Positions 39,863 through 48,281 of a stretch of 63,970 nucleotides of DNA are shown here, in pieces. The notes under the pieces were generated by a model. The model had not been told where the DNA came from. It did no database searches and saw only the letters and a list, made by a program, of their open reading frames with translations. The position numbers were made by a program, and so were the translations under genes. Numbering within the stretch: position 1 is the first letter of the stretch; the number at the start of each line of letters is the position of its first letter. The stretch lies in the IMG/VR virus record IMGVR_UViG_3300011114_000961, positions 62,001-125,970 of that record; one strand, 5' to 3'. This DNA is from an uncultured virus (IMG/VR IMGVR_UViG_3300011114_000961) (lineage: Duplodnaviria; Heunggongvirae; Uroviricota; Caudoviricetes).

Positions 39863-40590
39863 TATTGTACATCAATGGCGACAGCCACGCAGCTGGCGCC
39901 GAAGCTGAAGTATCGTATGGCTGGGCTGAGGATGACGGTCGCTTCTGGGGACAAGGAAAGCATCCACATCCTGACAACGAAGCGGTAAGTTTTGGTGCCG
40001 AACTGGCTCGATTGCTGGGCTGCGAACGAATCAATCAAAGCCAATCTGGCGGTAGTAATGCTCGAATTTACCGAACAACTGTTGAATGGGTGCAATCCAA
40101 TCCTGACCTGTTGGCAGATACATTCATGCTGATACAATGGAGCACCTGGGAAAGACAAGAATGGTTTCATGATGGCACATGGTATCAAGTGAATGCATCA
40201 GGTGTGGATCATGTGCCAGCTGAACTGGAACAGCGATATCGTCAATATATCATTGACATAGACTATGGTGCCTGCACCAGAGCCAGTCACGACATGGCAT
40301 GGAAATTGCATCAGTATCTCTCCAGAAAAGGTGTAAAGCATCTGTTCTTCAATGGCAACAGCACATTCAGTGATTTGGCTCAAGACCCCAAAGTTTGGAA
40401 CCACTGTTATTTAGATCCATACAATGCCCAATCAAGCTACGATCATGTGCTCAAAAACAACGGATTTGACTATGTAAATCCAAAATCTTATCATTTTGGC
40501 AAACAAGCCCATTGCTTTTGGGGCAAATATCTGTTACAATACATCAAACAGCACCAACTATTGGACCTTGATGAAATACCTACTGATTGA
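39859..40590 (+). CDS. SGNH-like hypothetical protein
   Basis: NGDSH, NQSQSGGSN, C-terminal YH...H. Confidence 0.6.
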   Translation: MILYINGDSHAAGAEAEVSYGWAEDDGRFWGQGKHPHPDNEAVSFGAELARLLGCERINQSQSGGSNARIYRTTVEWVQSNPDLLADTFMLIQWSTWERQEWFHDGTWYQVNASGVDHVPAELEQRYRQYIIDIDYGACTRASHDMAWKLHQYLSRKGVKHLFFNGNSTFSDLAQDPKVWNHCYLDPYNAQSSYDHVLKNNGFDYVNPKSYHFGKQAHCFWGKYLLQYIKQHQLLDLDEIPTD

Positions 40591-41593
40591 CACAGCCAAC
40601 ATGTTTTTCCGAGCACGGCACAGTGCTCACCGTGCATCAGACTCGTGGACCAAACTGGGGTTTGCATTGCATGTGACACTGATGGCAGTAAACAAAGTGG
40701 CTCGCAGATTTGATGCTGATCATGTGGTATTTGCACTAGAAGGTCGCAGCTGGCGCAAAGACCATTACAAGCCATACAAGGCCAATCGTGCTGTGGCACG
40801 TGGCAAAATGACCGAGATCGAAGCTGAGGAAGACAAGCTGTTTTGGGAAACCTACGATGAGCTGACACAATACCTCGGCAACAAGACCAATTGCAGTGTA
40901 ATACGTCATGCCCAGGCCGAAGCAGATGATGTGATTGCGCGATGGATTGCCTTGCACCCTCAGGACGAACACATAGTGGTCAGTTCGGACACTGATTTTG
41001 TGCAACTGATCGCGCCCAATGTCCAGCAGTTCAATGGCATCACAGACGAACTGATCACACTAGAAGGCATATTTGATGCCAAGGGCAATGCTGTCAAAGA
41101 TAAAAAAACCAAACAGCCAAAGACCATCCCTGATCCAGCCTGGCTGCTGTTTGAGAAGTGCATGCGTGGCGACAGCTCAGACAATGTGTTTAGTGCATAT
41201 CCAGGAGTTCGTGAAAAAGGCACAAAGAACAAAGTTGGTCTCCGTGAAGCGTTTGCTGATCGAGACAAACGCGGATATTCTTGGAACAATCTCATGCTCC
41301 AACGTTGGACCGACCACGAAGGTGCTGAACATCGTGTGCTAGACGATTACGAACGCAATCGCACCTTGATCGATCTTACTGCTCAACCTGATGAGATCAA
41401 ACTGTTGGTAGACACAGCCATCCGTGAACAGATCAGTCACAAGGATGTAGGCCAAGTGGGCACACACTTCTTGCGATTTTGCGGCAAATACGATTTGGTC
41501 AAACTCAGCGAATCTGCAGACAGTATTGGTCGCTGGTTGAACAAAACATACACAGGAGAACTAGATGATATTAGCAATGCCAGTAATAGCTGA
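40571..41593 (+). CDS. rnh: T4 RNase H-like 5'-3' exonuclease / flap endonuclease
   Basis: LLID, YKANR, EADD, SSDTDFVQL, GDSSDNV motifs. Confidence 0.9.
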   Translation: MKYLLIDTANMFFRARHSAHRASDSWTKLGFALHVTLMAVNKVARRFDADHVVFALEGRSWRKDHYKPYKANRAVARGKMTEIEAEEDKLFWETYDELTQYLGNKTNCSVIRHAQAEADDVIARWIALHPQDEHIVVSSDTDFVQLIAPNVQQFNGITDELITLEGIFDAKGNAVKDKKTKQPKTIPDPAWLLFEKCMRGDSSDNVFSAYPGVREKGTKNKVGLREAFADRDKRGYSWNNLMLQRWTDHEGAEHRVLDDYERNRTLIDLTAQPDEIKLLVDTAIREQISHKDVGQVGTHFLRFCGKYDLVKLSESADSIGRWLNKTYTGELDDISNASNS

Positions 41594-42008
41594 CCGCTAT
41601 TGGATACTTAAAAAAGACAATCTCAAGGTTGGGCAAATTGAAGCACAGGACGATGGTTATACTGTTAAAATCAGCAACACAGTAAAAAAATACAAGACCA
41701 TCAAGATGATGGATCGAGACATTGAGTTTGTACCGGCTGTTGAAATCCGACCCAATCCTGAAAATCAAGTGTACGGATACGATACTGGACAAAAAGTATT
41801 CAATGCCATGTGGGACATACAACATCGACTGCCGTTGTTCACACAAGAAGAAAACAGCAAGAGTTGGTTTGCTGCCGGATGGTACTATGTCAAAAAACAT
41901 CGAGCCTGGAAGATGGTACAAAATCCCAAACTGATCACACTACAACGATACAGCTATCAAGGCCCGTATCACAACAAAGAAGAAGCTGTTGCCAAAGGAA
42001 CACCATGA
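41565..42008 (+). CDS. Hypothetical phage protein
   Basis: 147-aa ORF with AGGAG RBS. Confidence 0.7.
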   Translation: MILAMPVIADRYWILKKDNLKVGQIEAQDDGYTVKISNTVKKYKTIKMMDRDIEFVPAVEIRPNPENQVYGYDTGQKVFNAMWDIQHRLPLFTQEENSKSWFAAGWYYVKKHRAWKMVQNPKLITLQRYSYQGPYHNKEEAVAKGTP

Positions 42009-42367
42009 CTACCAATGTATTTAAAGACCAAGAAAAATTCATGCTGGCCTGCGACCAAAGTGTCACAGGAGATCAAGCACAATTTGACATGTACATCGAG
42101 TTGATTGCAGAAGAGTTTGAAGAACTACAAGATGCTGACACTGATGTAGACACACTGGATGCCTTGATTGACATCCTGGTTGTCACAATTGGTGCCATAC
42201 ACAGCATGGGTGCTGATGGCGAGCGCGCCTGGATCGAAGTCATGCGTAGTAACTTTGCCAAAATTGATCATGACTCCGGCAAAGTACGCAAACGTGAAGA
42301 TGGCAAAGTGCTCAAGCCTGACGGTTGGAAACCACCCGAACTAGAACAATTTTTGAGAAAGAACTAG
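42005..42367 (+). CDS. MazG/PRA-PH-like NTP pyrophosphohydrolase
   Basis: EEFEEL..DALID..SNFAK..DGKVLKP motifs. Confidence 0.85.
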   Translation: MTTNVFKDQEKFMLACDQSVTGDQAQFDMYIELIAEEFEELQDADTDVDTLDALIDILVVTIGAIHSMGADGERAWIEVMRSNFAKIDHDSGKVRKREDGKVLKPDGWKPPELEQFLRKN

Positions 42368-42368
42368 T

Positions 42369-42581
42369 ATGAGCTTGCACATAAATCGTTTTGTAGACAG
42401 TATCAAAGCACACGAATCACGCAATCAACGTGATTTCACTATGACCATGAGAGATGCCAAAGATCTGCATGCAGACATAACCAAACTGCTGCTGACTTTG
42501 GACGCCATGCGATCTCCTGCTGCTGGCAAAAACGAAGCTGTTTCGATAGAACTTGATGGTGGAAGTTTTAAATCTACATAG
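42369..42581 (+). CDS. Hypothetical protein
   Basis: 70-aa ORF ending DGGSF. Confidence 0.65.
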   Translation: MSLHINRFVDSIKAHESRNQRDFTMTMRDAKDLHADITKLLLTLDAMRSPAAGKNEAVSIELDGGSFKST

Positions 42582-42601
42582 ATTATGTGATAAATAATGC
42601 T

Positions 42602-42898
42602 ATGAGCAGGCCACGTCCACAGGTGTTGATTGAACACACCAACAAAGTAACTTACAAAACAGAACAAGTTTTAGCAAGTGAAGGAGTGTGGGCAGTGTTT
42701 TATGATGCCAAACCCATCAATCTCAAAACCAGTCACATGCTCACACAGTACCCTGGGCCCAAGTACAAAAAGGTAAGTTTTAGCAACCCAGGACATGCTA
42801 AAAATTTGTCCCGCAAGCTGAACACTCAATTTAAAACTGACAAGTTCACGGTGGTCTTGCTAACTCAGGGGTCACAAGTATACCCCGATGTCAAATAA
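42602..42898 (+). CDS. Hypothetical protein
   Basis: ORF starting MSRPRP after TAAATA. Confidence 0.7.
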   Translation: MSRPRPQVLIEHTNKVTYKTEQVLASEGVWAVFYDAKPINLKTSHMLTQYPGPKYKKVSFSNPGHAKNLSRKLNTQFKTDKFTVVLLTQGSQVYPDVK

Positions 42899-43265
42899 AC
42901 TTTACTACACTCGGCAACTGCTGCGACAACTGCCCGATGATGACCGGCCAACCGAAGATGGGGCCTTGAAAGAATGGTGGCAAGATATTCGAGAAGACAG
43001 TGGGTTACGATTGAGTTGGGAAGGACACGCAATCATGATCCAACTGGAAATAGAATCTTGGTCATTTGACACTGATTTTGAAATAGGGCCGGGACAGTTG
43101 ATATTGTTGAACAACAAACTCACTTGTCCATATTTTATCATAATGGGCAAAAAAATGCTGTCTAAAAAACAACCTCAAATAATAATGTATGGCAGCCAGG
43201 AAGCTACCATGTATGCATTGTACGGTGATTTGAAACGGTTTTTGAAATACCTAAAGACTACATAA
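42888..43265 (+). CDS. Hypothetical protein
   Basis: 125-aa ORF. Confidence 0.65.
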   Translation: MSNKLYYTRQLLRQLPDDDRPTEDGALKEWWQDIREDSGLRLSWEGHAIMIQLEIESWSFDTDFEIGPGQLILLNNKLTCPYFIIMGKKMLSKKQPQIIMYGSQEATMYALYGDLKRFLKYLKTT

Positions 43266-43317
43266 AGAGCTAAAAATCAATTGACCATAAATAGTTTTCC
43301 TGCTATACTATAGCTTA

Positions 43318-43394
43318 GGGACCTTAGCTCATTAGGTTAGAGCAAGCGACTCATAATCGCTGGGTGGAGTGTTCGAATCACTCAGGTCCCACCA
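43318..43394 (+). tRNA. tRNA with CAT anticodon (Ile2 or elongator Met)
   Basis: Cloverleaf GGGACCT/AGGTCCC, CT-CAT-AA loop, encoded CCA; TTGACC-N17-TATACT upstream. Confidence 0.9.
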
Positions 43395-43399
43395 AACAA

Positions 43400-43474
43400 C
43401 TGGCGTTCGTATAATGGATAATACAGGGGATTTCTACTCCCTAAATAGCAGTTCGATTCTGTTACGCCGGACCA
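43400..43474 (+). tRNA. tRNA-Arg(TCT)
   Basis: Cloverleaf, loop TT-TCT-AC, TTCGATT T-loop, CCA. Confidence 0.85.
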
Positions 43475-43479
43475 GATTT

Positions 43480-43869
43480 ATGAAAAAAAACACAGTTGAC
43501 TATGACCTAGAGCAGGACATTCAAACATGTACCTGGATGTTGCAAAAAGTGCGAGACAGTGAGAACTACGCACAGAATCTTTATGCAGCCATGTGCAACA
43601 ATGTGTTTCAAAAAAACGAAGTATGGTCCTTGCTGAAAAATGAATACTGGTCATGCTCATGGCGCAGTGCCGGCGGCTTGATCTCCCGCTTGCGAAATGA
43701 AGGCGATTACATGGACTGGTACTGCTCAGGCATAGGAGATGGACTGGGCAATGGTGATGCTGACGGAACCAAAGGCTATGTGGGCGAAAGCGTGGTCACT
43801 GACGAAATACGGCAGGATCTGTTTGCCATCGGCTGGATGGTGCAACCATACGATGAAGAAGTTAGCTAA
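43480..43869 (+). CDS. Hypothetical phage protein
   Basis: YAQNLYAAMCNN..SCSWRSAG..DYMDWYCSG pattern. Confidence 0.75.
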   Translation: MKKNTVDYDLEQDIQTCTWMLQKVRDSENYAQNLYAAMCNNVFQKNEVWSLLKNEYWSCSWRSAGGLISRLRNEGDYMDWYCSGIGDGLGNGDADGTKGYVGESVVTDEIRQDLFAIGWMVQPYDEEVS

Positions 43870-43892
43870 ATATTTTTTTAAGAGGTAACACT

Positions 43893-43988
43893 ATGGCAAC
43901 ACGTAAAACAACAACCCCGCGACCCAAGAGCTTGAAAACCATGGCCAAACGAGCTGCTAAGGCCTATGTGCGTAAGCGCAGCAAGTAA
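43893..43988 (+). CDS. 31-aa highly basic peptide (absent from the ORF track)
   Basis: GAGGT RBS; MATRKTTTPRPKSLKTMAKRAAKAYVRKRSK. Confidence 0.65.
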   Translation: MATRKTTTPRPKSLKTMAKRAAKAYVRKRSK

Positions 43989-43993
43989 TTGCG

Positions 43994-44185
43994 ATGATAG
44001 TACGACTAGCAAACAAAATTGGTCAAGCACATGGACGTTTCTTCATGTGGTTGGGCAAGAAAGCAGAATCGAATCCTTGGTGGGCAGTGGCACTAACTGT
44101 GTGGGCGTTGTATGAAATTGGTGAACACATCGCAGGGCCGGTGATGGCCATTATGTATGCCACAGGGCACTTGGTTATCCAATGA
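43994..44185 (+). CDS. Small membrane protein
   Basis: 63-aa ORF with a hydrophobic segment. Confidence 0.55.
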   Translation: MIVRLANKIGQAHGRFFMWLGKKAESNPWWAVALTVWALYEIGEHIAGPVMAIMYATGHLVIQ

Positions 44186-44235
44186 TGTCAACTAAATGCA
44201 TATCTTGTGCGTTATATATGTATAGGAGATAAGTT

Positions 44236-44541
44236 ATGAAAAAAGTATTATTGGTAATTGCATTACTAGCAGCAACCGCAGCCCAAGCACAATGGCGTCA
44301 TGATCATCGACATTGGGACAACCGACCTGTTATTGTTGAACAAAGAAATGACTGGATTGGCCCATTGATCATTGGTGGTATTGCTGGAGCAGTAATTGCC
44401 AATGCTAACCAGCCACAACCAGTTGTGGTTCAACGTGAGCAAGTGATTGTACCACAACCCCAGACCATTTGCACAGCGTGGAGAGAAATTCAGATGCCGG
44501 ATGGTCAGATTTACCGTGAGCGTAATTGCTATCAACGATAA
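44236..44541 (+). CDS. Secreted/membrane small protein
   Basis: AGGAG RBS, signal peptide, glycine-zipper-like helix. Confidence 0.75.
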   Translation: MKKVLLVIALLAATAAQAQWRHDHRHWDNRPVIVEQRNDWIGPLIIGGIAGAVIANANQPQPVVVQREQVIVPQPQTICTAWREIQMPDGQIYRERNCYQR

Positions 44542-44549
44542 ATAAAAGT

Positions 44550-44840
44550 TATTGCTGTATGAAGCAAAGAGAAAAGTGTTCTGGACGCGGGTTCGACTCC
44601 CGCCAGGTCCACCAAAAGAACTTTTGCATTAGCCACACCAGAAATGCAGTATGTGGGGGAATGTTAGTCGATAGTTCTTTTGATGGGCCTGCCCTGGTTT
44701 CGACAGAGTAAAGAGTAACAGAGTGGACAGCACAAGAGCAACCTTGTAAAAAGAAGAAAATCTATAAACGCAAACGACGAACTGTTCGCATTAGCAGCCT
44801 AAACGCCGCTTAGGGTAAGACATACCTCGTAACAGAAATT
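44550..44840 (+). ncRNA. ssrA: Circularly permuted (two-piece) tmRNA; tag (A)ANDELFALAA
   Basis: T-arm plus CAGGTCC-A-CCA (ends 44614) precedes GGGCCTG (44685), giving a G3.U70 acceptor stem; tag ORF 44770-44802; outer ends approximate. Confidence 0.92.
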
Positions 44841-44841
44841 C

Positions 44842-44868
44842 AGAACCCGCTTTGGCGGGTTTCTTTTT
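44842..44868 (+). terminator. Intrinsic terminator after tmRNA
   Basis: aacccgc-tttg-gcgggtt plus T-rich tail. Confidence 0.85.
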
Positions 44869-45094
44869 GGCTTGTGTCAACGTGATGCTGGGCTACCGCG
44901 TTATATATGTATGCAAGACAAAAAACAACTTGATGACTATGAAACAAAAGCGGATAAAACCGAACCGTTTCAGGAACAGTATTTTCCCACCAGTTATGAT
45001 TGGAGACAATCCAATTGTGATGAGAGGCGCAGTACACCATGTCGTCGAACTGACAATGTCCGGCATAAATTTCATTAACCTAAAGGAACTCTAA

Positions 45095-45325
45095 ATGAAA
45101 ACCATCGCTACTGTTATCGCTACTTTGGTAGCAACTGCTGCTTTTGCCACCGAGCCTGCCAAGACTGCCGCACCTGCTGCCAGTGCCGCTGCACCTGCTG
45201 CTGCTGCAAAATGTGATCCTGCTAAAGACAAGACTTGCAAGGTAGAAGCCAAGGCAACGCCTGTCAAAAGTGAAGCACCTGCTGCCAAGGTCGAAACAAA
45301 AACAGCTGAGCCTGCAAAGAAGTAA
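45095..45325 (+). CDS. Secreted Ala/Lys/Pro-rich small protein
   Basis: AAGGA RBS, signal peptide ending AFA, Cys pair. Confidence 0.75.
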   Translation: MKTIATVIATLVATAAFATEPAKTAAPAASAAAPAAAAKCDPAKDKTCKVEAKATPVKSEAPAAKVETKTAEPAKK

Positions 45326-45567
45326 TCCAGACGAAATAGACGACAGCGACGATGATGGATATAACGATATTGATCTTCATGTGGCATATCGTCGTCCCAG
45401 TCTAATACCATGCAATGATCAATGTCATGACCACGATCAAGATGAATTGTCTGACCATGTGTTAGTTAGACTGGCTGTGGCCCGAGCCAAGGCATTGCAG
45501 GTCTTGACCAGAAAGGTTGCTTAGGCAACCTTTTTTGTTTATAATAAGTATTAAAGGACAACTCAAC

Positions 45568-45975
45568 ATGATTGACTGTATGATTTTAGGCGACAGCATT
45601 GCTGTAGGTACACATCAGTTCAGACCCGAATGCGTGGCCCATGCTCGTGGAGGTATCAACAGCTGGCAGTGGCGCAAAGAATATCTAGAACAAGATCAAG
45701 GTAACAATCTTGTGGCCGAAACAGTGATAATCAGCTTGGGATCCAATGATCATCGGGGCGTAAAAACTCTAGAAGAAATATCAAGAATACGATTGGCAGT
45801 AAGAGCCAAACGAGTATTTTGGATATTGCCGGCTATCAACCCTGATATACAAGCCCGTATACGGGAAGTTGCTGCTGGGTTTGGAGATACTGTTTTAGAA
45901 ATCAACAGATTACAACCTGATGGTATTCATCCCAGTTGGGCAGGCTACAAAAACATTGCCGAAAGAACAAAATAA
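45568..45975 (+). CDS. SGNH/GDSL hydrolase
   Basis: GDSIA, LGSND, DGIHP blocks. Confidence 0.85.
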   Translation: MIDCMILGDSIAVGTHQFRPECVAHARGGINSWQWRKEYLEQDQGNNLVAETVIISLGSNDHRGVKTLEEISRIRLAVRAKRVFWILPAINPDIQARIREVAAGFGDTVLEINRLQPDGIHPSWAGYKNIAERTK

Positions 45976-46220
45976 TGGGCAAGCAAACTGAATACTTTGA
46001 CAGCATTGGCTATCGACCCAAGTACTGGATCGGCGATCGTGTGTTTGGCCACTGGAACAAAATACCATTTGTGGGCAGTGTGGGCAACGACACTGTGATT
46101 GACAACACTGGCCCACGAATCTCAATACATTTAGATTTGCCAATTCAATTTGAACAAAAGATTCACCGCATCATAGTGGTCCGTCACAAAGATATAAAAA
46201 AACTGGTTCCAATGGATTAG
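45975..46220 (+). CDS. Hypothetical protein
   Basis: Coupled 81-aa ORF. Confidence 0.65.
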   Translation: MGKQTEYFDSIGYRPKYWIGDRVFGHWNKIPFVGSVGNDTVIDNTGPRISIHLDLPIQFEQKIHRIIVVRHKDIKKLVPMD

Positions 46221-46231
46221 TAAATAACAGT

Positions 46232-46423
46232 ATGAAAATTGACACAGCATACAACAATCAACTGCACAGGCTTCAAGACGTAAAACACGTGGACCAACAG
46301 CATCAGGAAAAAGTACAAGAAGCTGCTCGAGCAAAATTTCAACACCAGGTCGAAGAAGCCCATCGCATCGAAATCAATCGTCGCATGAATCGTCCAGGGC
46401 AAAACATTGATAAAATGGCCTAA
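46232..46423 (+). CDS. Hypothetical protein
   Basis: 63-aa ORF after TAAATA, ending GQNIDKMA. Confidence 0.6.
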   Translation: MKIDTAYNNQLHRLQDVKHVDQQHQEKVQEAARAKFQHQVEEAHRIEINRRMNRPGQNIDKMA

Positions 46424-46492
46424 CGTCGTGACACATTCACTTGCCCAGAATGCGGTTGTGGTCGGGAAGATTACGAAGAAATAATTATCTGA
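46424..46492 (+). pseudogene. Rubredoxin C-terminal remnant
   Basis: Startless frame RRDTFTCPECGCGREDYEEIII*, resembling the rubredoxin CPxCG..K.DF half. Confidence 0.55.
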
Positions 46493-46545
46493 TGAAAATT
46501 GCCGAAAACAATTGCTTTTTTGTCAATAGGCATATATAATACACT

Positions 46546-46644
46546 ATGATTATGCAACAAGCCCAACTGTCCCGAGAGATACCCTCACTCAACTATGCGA
46601 GTGAGGCGCTGGATTATGACTTCAGCGGGCCTAGTGATATTTGA
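46546..46644 (+). CDS. Putative leaderless leader peptide 1 (32 aa)
   Basis: TTGCTT-N17-TATAAT ends 5 nt before the ATG; followed by a terminator. Confidence 0.6.
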   Translation: MIMQQAQLSREIPSLNYASEALDYDFSGPSDI

Positions 46645-46662
46645 TACTACACAAATTTCACG

Positions 46663-46693
46663 AAAGACCCGCCAACTAGGCGGGTTTTTTTTT
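46663..46693 (+). terminator. Intrinsic terminator / attenuator 1
   Basis: acccgcc-aacta-ggcgggt plus T run. Confidence 0.85.
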
Positions 46694-46698
46694 GGTGG

Positions 46699-46824
46699 TT
46701 GACCACTAATTGCCCAACTGCTACAATAGCGGCAAGTAGGGAAAAACAGCAAGATTTGTAAAGTCCTTCCAAATTGTAGGGCTTTACAAAACCGGTTGAC
46801 CAGTATCGCACTTGGTGTTATACT
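46699..46824 (+). promoter_or_regulatory. Tandem sigma70-type promoters in front of the RNA island
   Basis: TTGACC-N17-TACAAT (46699) and TTGACC-N17-TATACT (46796), both with extended -10 TG. Confidence 0.75.
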
Positions 46825-46919
46825 AGAGACTAGTTAGAAAGCAGCACAGTGCATCGACACAGTGCAGCAAGTTCGTTAAAAATTTGATTTTGTATAGTGT
46901 ACTCAGATTCAGTTCTGAG

Positions 46920-47157
46920 CACTATATGTAAACACAATTATACAGGTTACCTACATCGTTAGGTGAGTGATAGGATTATGGGTTTGAGCCCCGCCGTGGC
47001 TGGCTACTCCTCCACTTACAAGATGCTGAATCAGTGGCTTAGGCCATGAAGATGAGGAAGACGAAACAGGTAGGCAGTAATGACGGCGATTGGTCTAATC
47101 ATAGCTAGATTAGATTTTATCAGCAAAGTTCCTGTATAATTGTGTTTTCATATAGTG
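46920..47157 (+). repeat. Conserved-stem RNA cassette 1
   Basis: 27-nt inverted repeat with one mismatch (cactatatgtaaacacaattatacagg / cctgtataattgtgttttcatatagtg). Confidence 0.8.
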
Positions 47158-47163
47158 AATCAT

Positions 47164-47238
47164 GGAGCATTCGTCTATCGGTTAGGACAGTGGGTTTTCA
47201 GTCCACTAAGAGCGGTTCGACTCCGCTATGCTCTACCA
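47164..47238 (+). tRNA. tRNA-Glu(TTC)
   Basis: Cloverleaf, TT-TTC-AG loop, CCA. Confidence 0.9.
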
Positions 47239-47280
47239 AGTTATGGAGAAGCGGGTGCTGCGGCATCTGTTATCCACCAA

Positions 47281-47466
47281 GTTTTGTAAGTGTAGATGTA
47301 GTGAAAGTAAGGCGTCGAAAACCTTATGAGGCAACGGTTCGAGTCCGGCAACATGGCAACTGCTAAGTAGCTACTATTACTACGTACCTCTATCCTGTCC
47401 GCGGCTTCACAGAAAATACAGGTAGAATGGTAGCAATGAGTGAGGTGCTGCTACTTACAAATTCAA
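47281..47466 (+). ncRNA. Unassigned structured RNA, copy A
   Basis: Shares terminal and internal motifs with 48282-48504; closing stem tttgtaagt/acttacaaa. Confidence 0.65.
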
Positions 47467-47475
47467 TTTATATGG

Positions 47476-47560
47476 TATTATATAAAAACACATTTTGCTT
47501 TGGATGCGTGACAACTTTGTCGGATGCGTAGGGCTTACTAAAGTGTGTTCCTATATGGTA
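47476..47560 (+). repeat. Conserved-stem RNA cassette 2
   Basis: tattatata-aa-aacacatttt / aaagtgtgtt-cc-tatatggta. Confidence 0.75.
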
Positions 47561-47609
47561 ATGTTATCTGCAGGTAGCATCCGTGCTGGGGAGTAATTGC
47601 CCTCAGGAA

Positions 47610-47677
47610 CTCGCGGTCTTCTAGTGGTTAGGATGCCCTTAGTGGGTGATGCAGGTTCGAATCCTGTCCGCAATGAG
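47610..47677 (+). other. tRNA-like element with shortened anticodon arm and no CCA
   Basis: D-loop AGTGGTTA and T-arm gcagg-ttcgaat-cctgt; anticodon hairpin only gccc-ttagt-gggt. Confidence 0.55.
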
Positions 47678-47680
47678 TTT

Positions 47681-47795
47681 GCCATATAAGAACATACTCC
47701 AGGTTGGGTTAGATTCGCGGTCTAACTATTTGGGTCTGTAGTGTAGCCCTCCAAAACTACACGTGACTAAGATACGTAGTGTGTTCCTATATGGT
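47681..47795 (+). repeat. Conserved-stem RNA cassette 3
   Basis: gccatata-ag-aacatact / agtgtgtt-cc-tatatggt. Confidence 0.75.
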
Positions 47796-47989
47796 AAGAA
47801 TCCCGTTACTACTTTCGTTAAAGTAGCGTTTGACTAGCGATAGAGGTCCGGTGGCAGAAGACCGTTAGCGGAGCAATCCTGAATCTGATAGGCAGTTATC
47901 TTTCTGCACACAGATACCAGATAAAAAAGATGGACAGAGTAACCGCTCAATCAAGGGCTGGTGTGGAAACCAGTAGCTTGTCCTTATTT

Positions 47990-48064
47990 GGTCTCAAAGT
48001 GTTCATGGACGCACACAACACTGTCACTGTTGAAGAAGGGGATCGTTACCCCTTGAGACCGCCA
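47990..48064 (+). tRNA. tRNA-Asp(GTC), atypical T-loop
   Basis: GGTCTCA/TGAGACC-G-CCA; CT-GTC-AC loop; T-loop ATCGTTA. Confidence 0.85.
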
Positions 48065-48110
48065 AGTTATGGAGAAGCGGATGCTACGGCATCTGTTATC
48101 CACCTTTTAT

Positions 48111-48183
48111 GTGTGAGAGCCGGATTAGTGACGGTGCTGATGTATGTCAGTGAAAGGGTGAGCGAACCCACCCCCACACACCA
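48111..48183 (+). other. Degenerate tRNA-like element ending ACCA
   Basis: Acceptor 6/7 paired, D-stem gccg/cggt, non-canonical anticodon and T loops. Confidence 0.5.
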
Positions 48184-48189
48184 AGTTAT

Positions 48190-48281
48190 CTCTGAGTAGA
48201 CGAATCGGTAAAGTCGTCCTTACTAGTAGGTCAAAAAGGTTCCAAAAACCTTGGTGGTTCAATTCCACTCTCAGAGGCCCA
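48190..48281 (+). other. Degenerate type II tRNA-like element (Leu-like; CTA/TAG in the loop)
   Basis: CTCTGAG/CTCAGAG acceptor, ggtgg-ttcaatt-ccact T-arm, long variable arm, irregular anticodon arm. Confidence 0.55.

Noticed and set aside
43400..43474. Amber suppressor tRNA / TAG recoding
   Set aside because: Stem pairing centres the loop on TCT, not CTA. Genes end normally in TAG (20838, 42367, 46220) and core ORFs are intact in the standard code.
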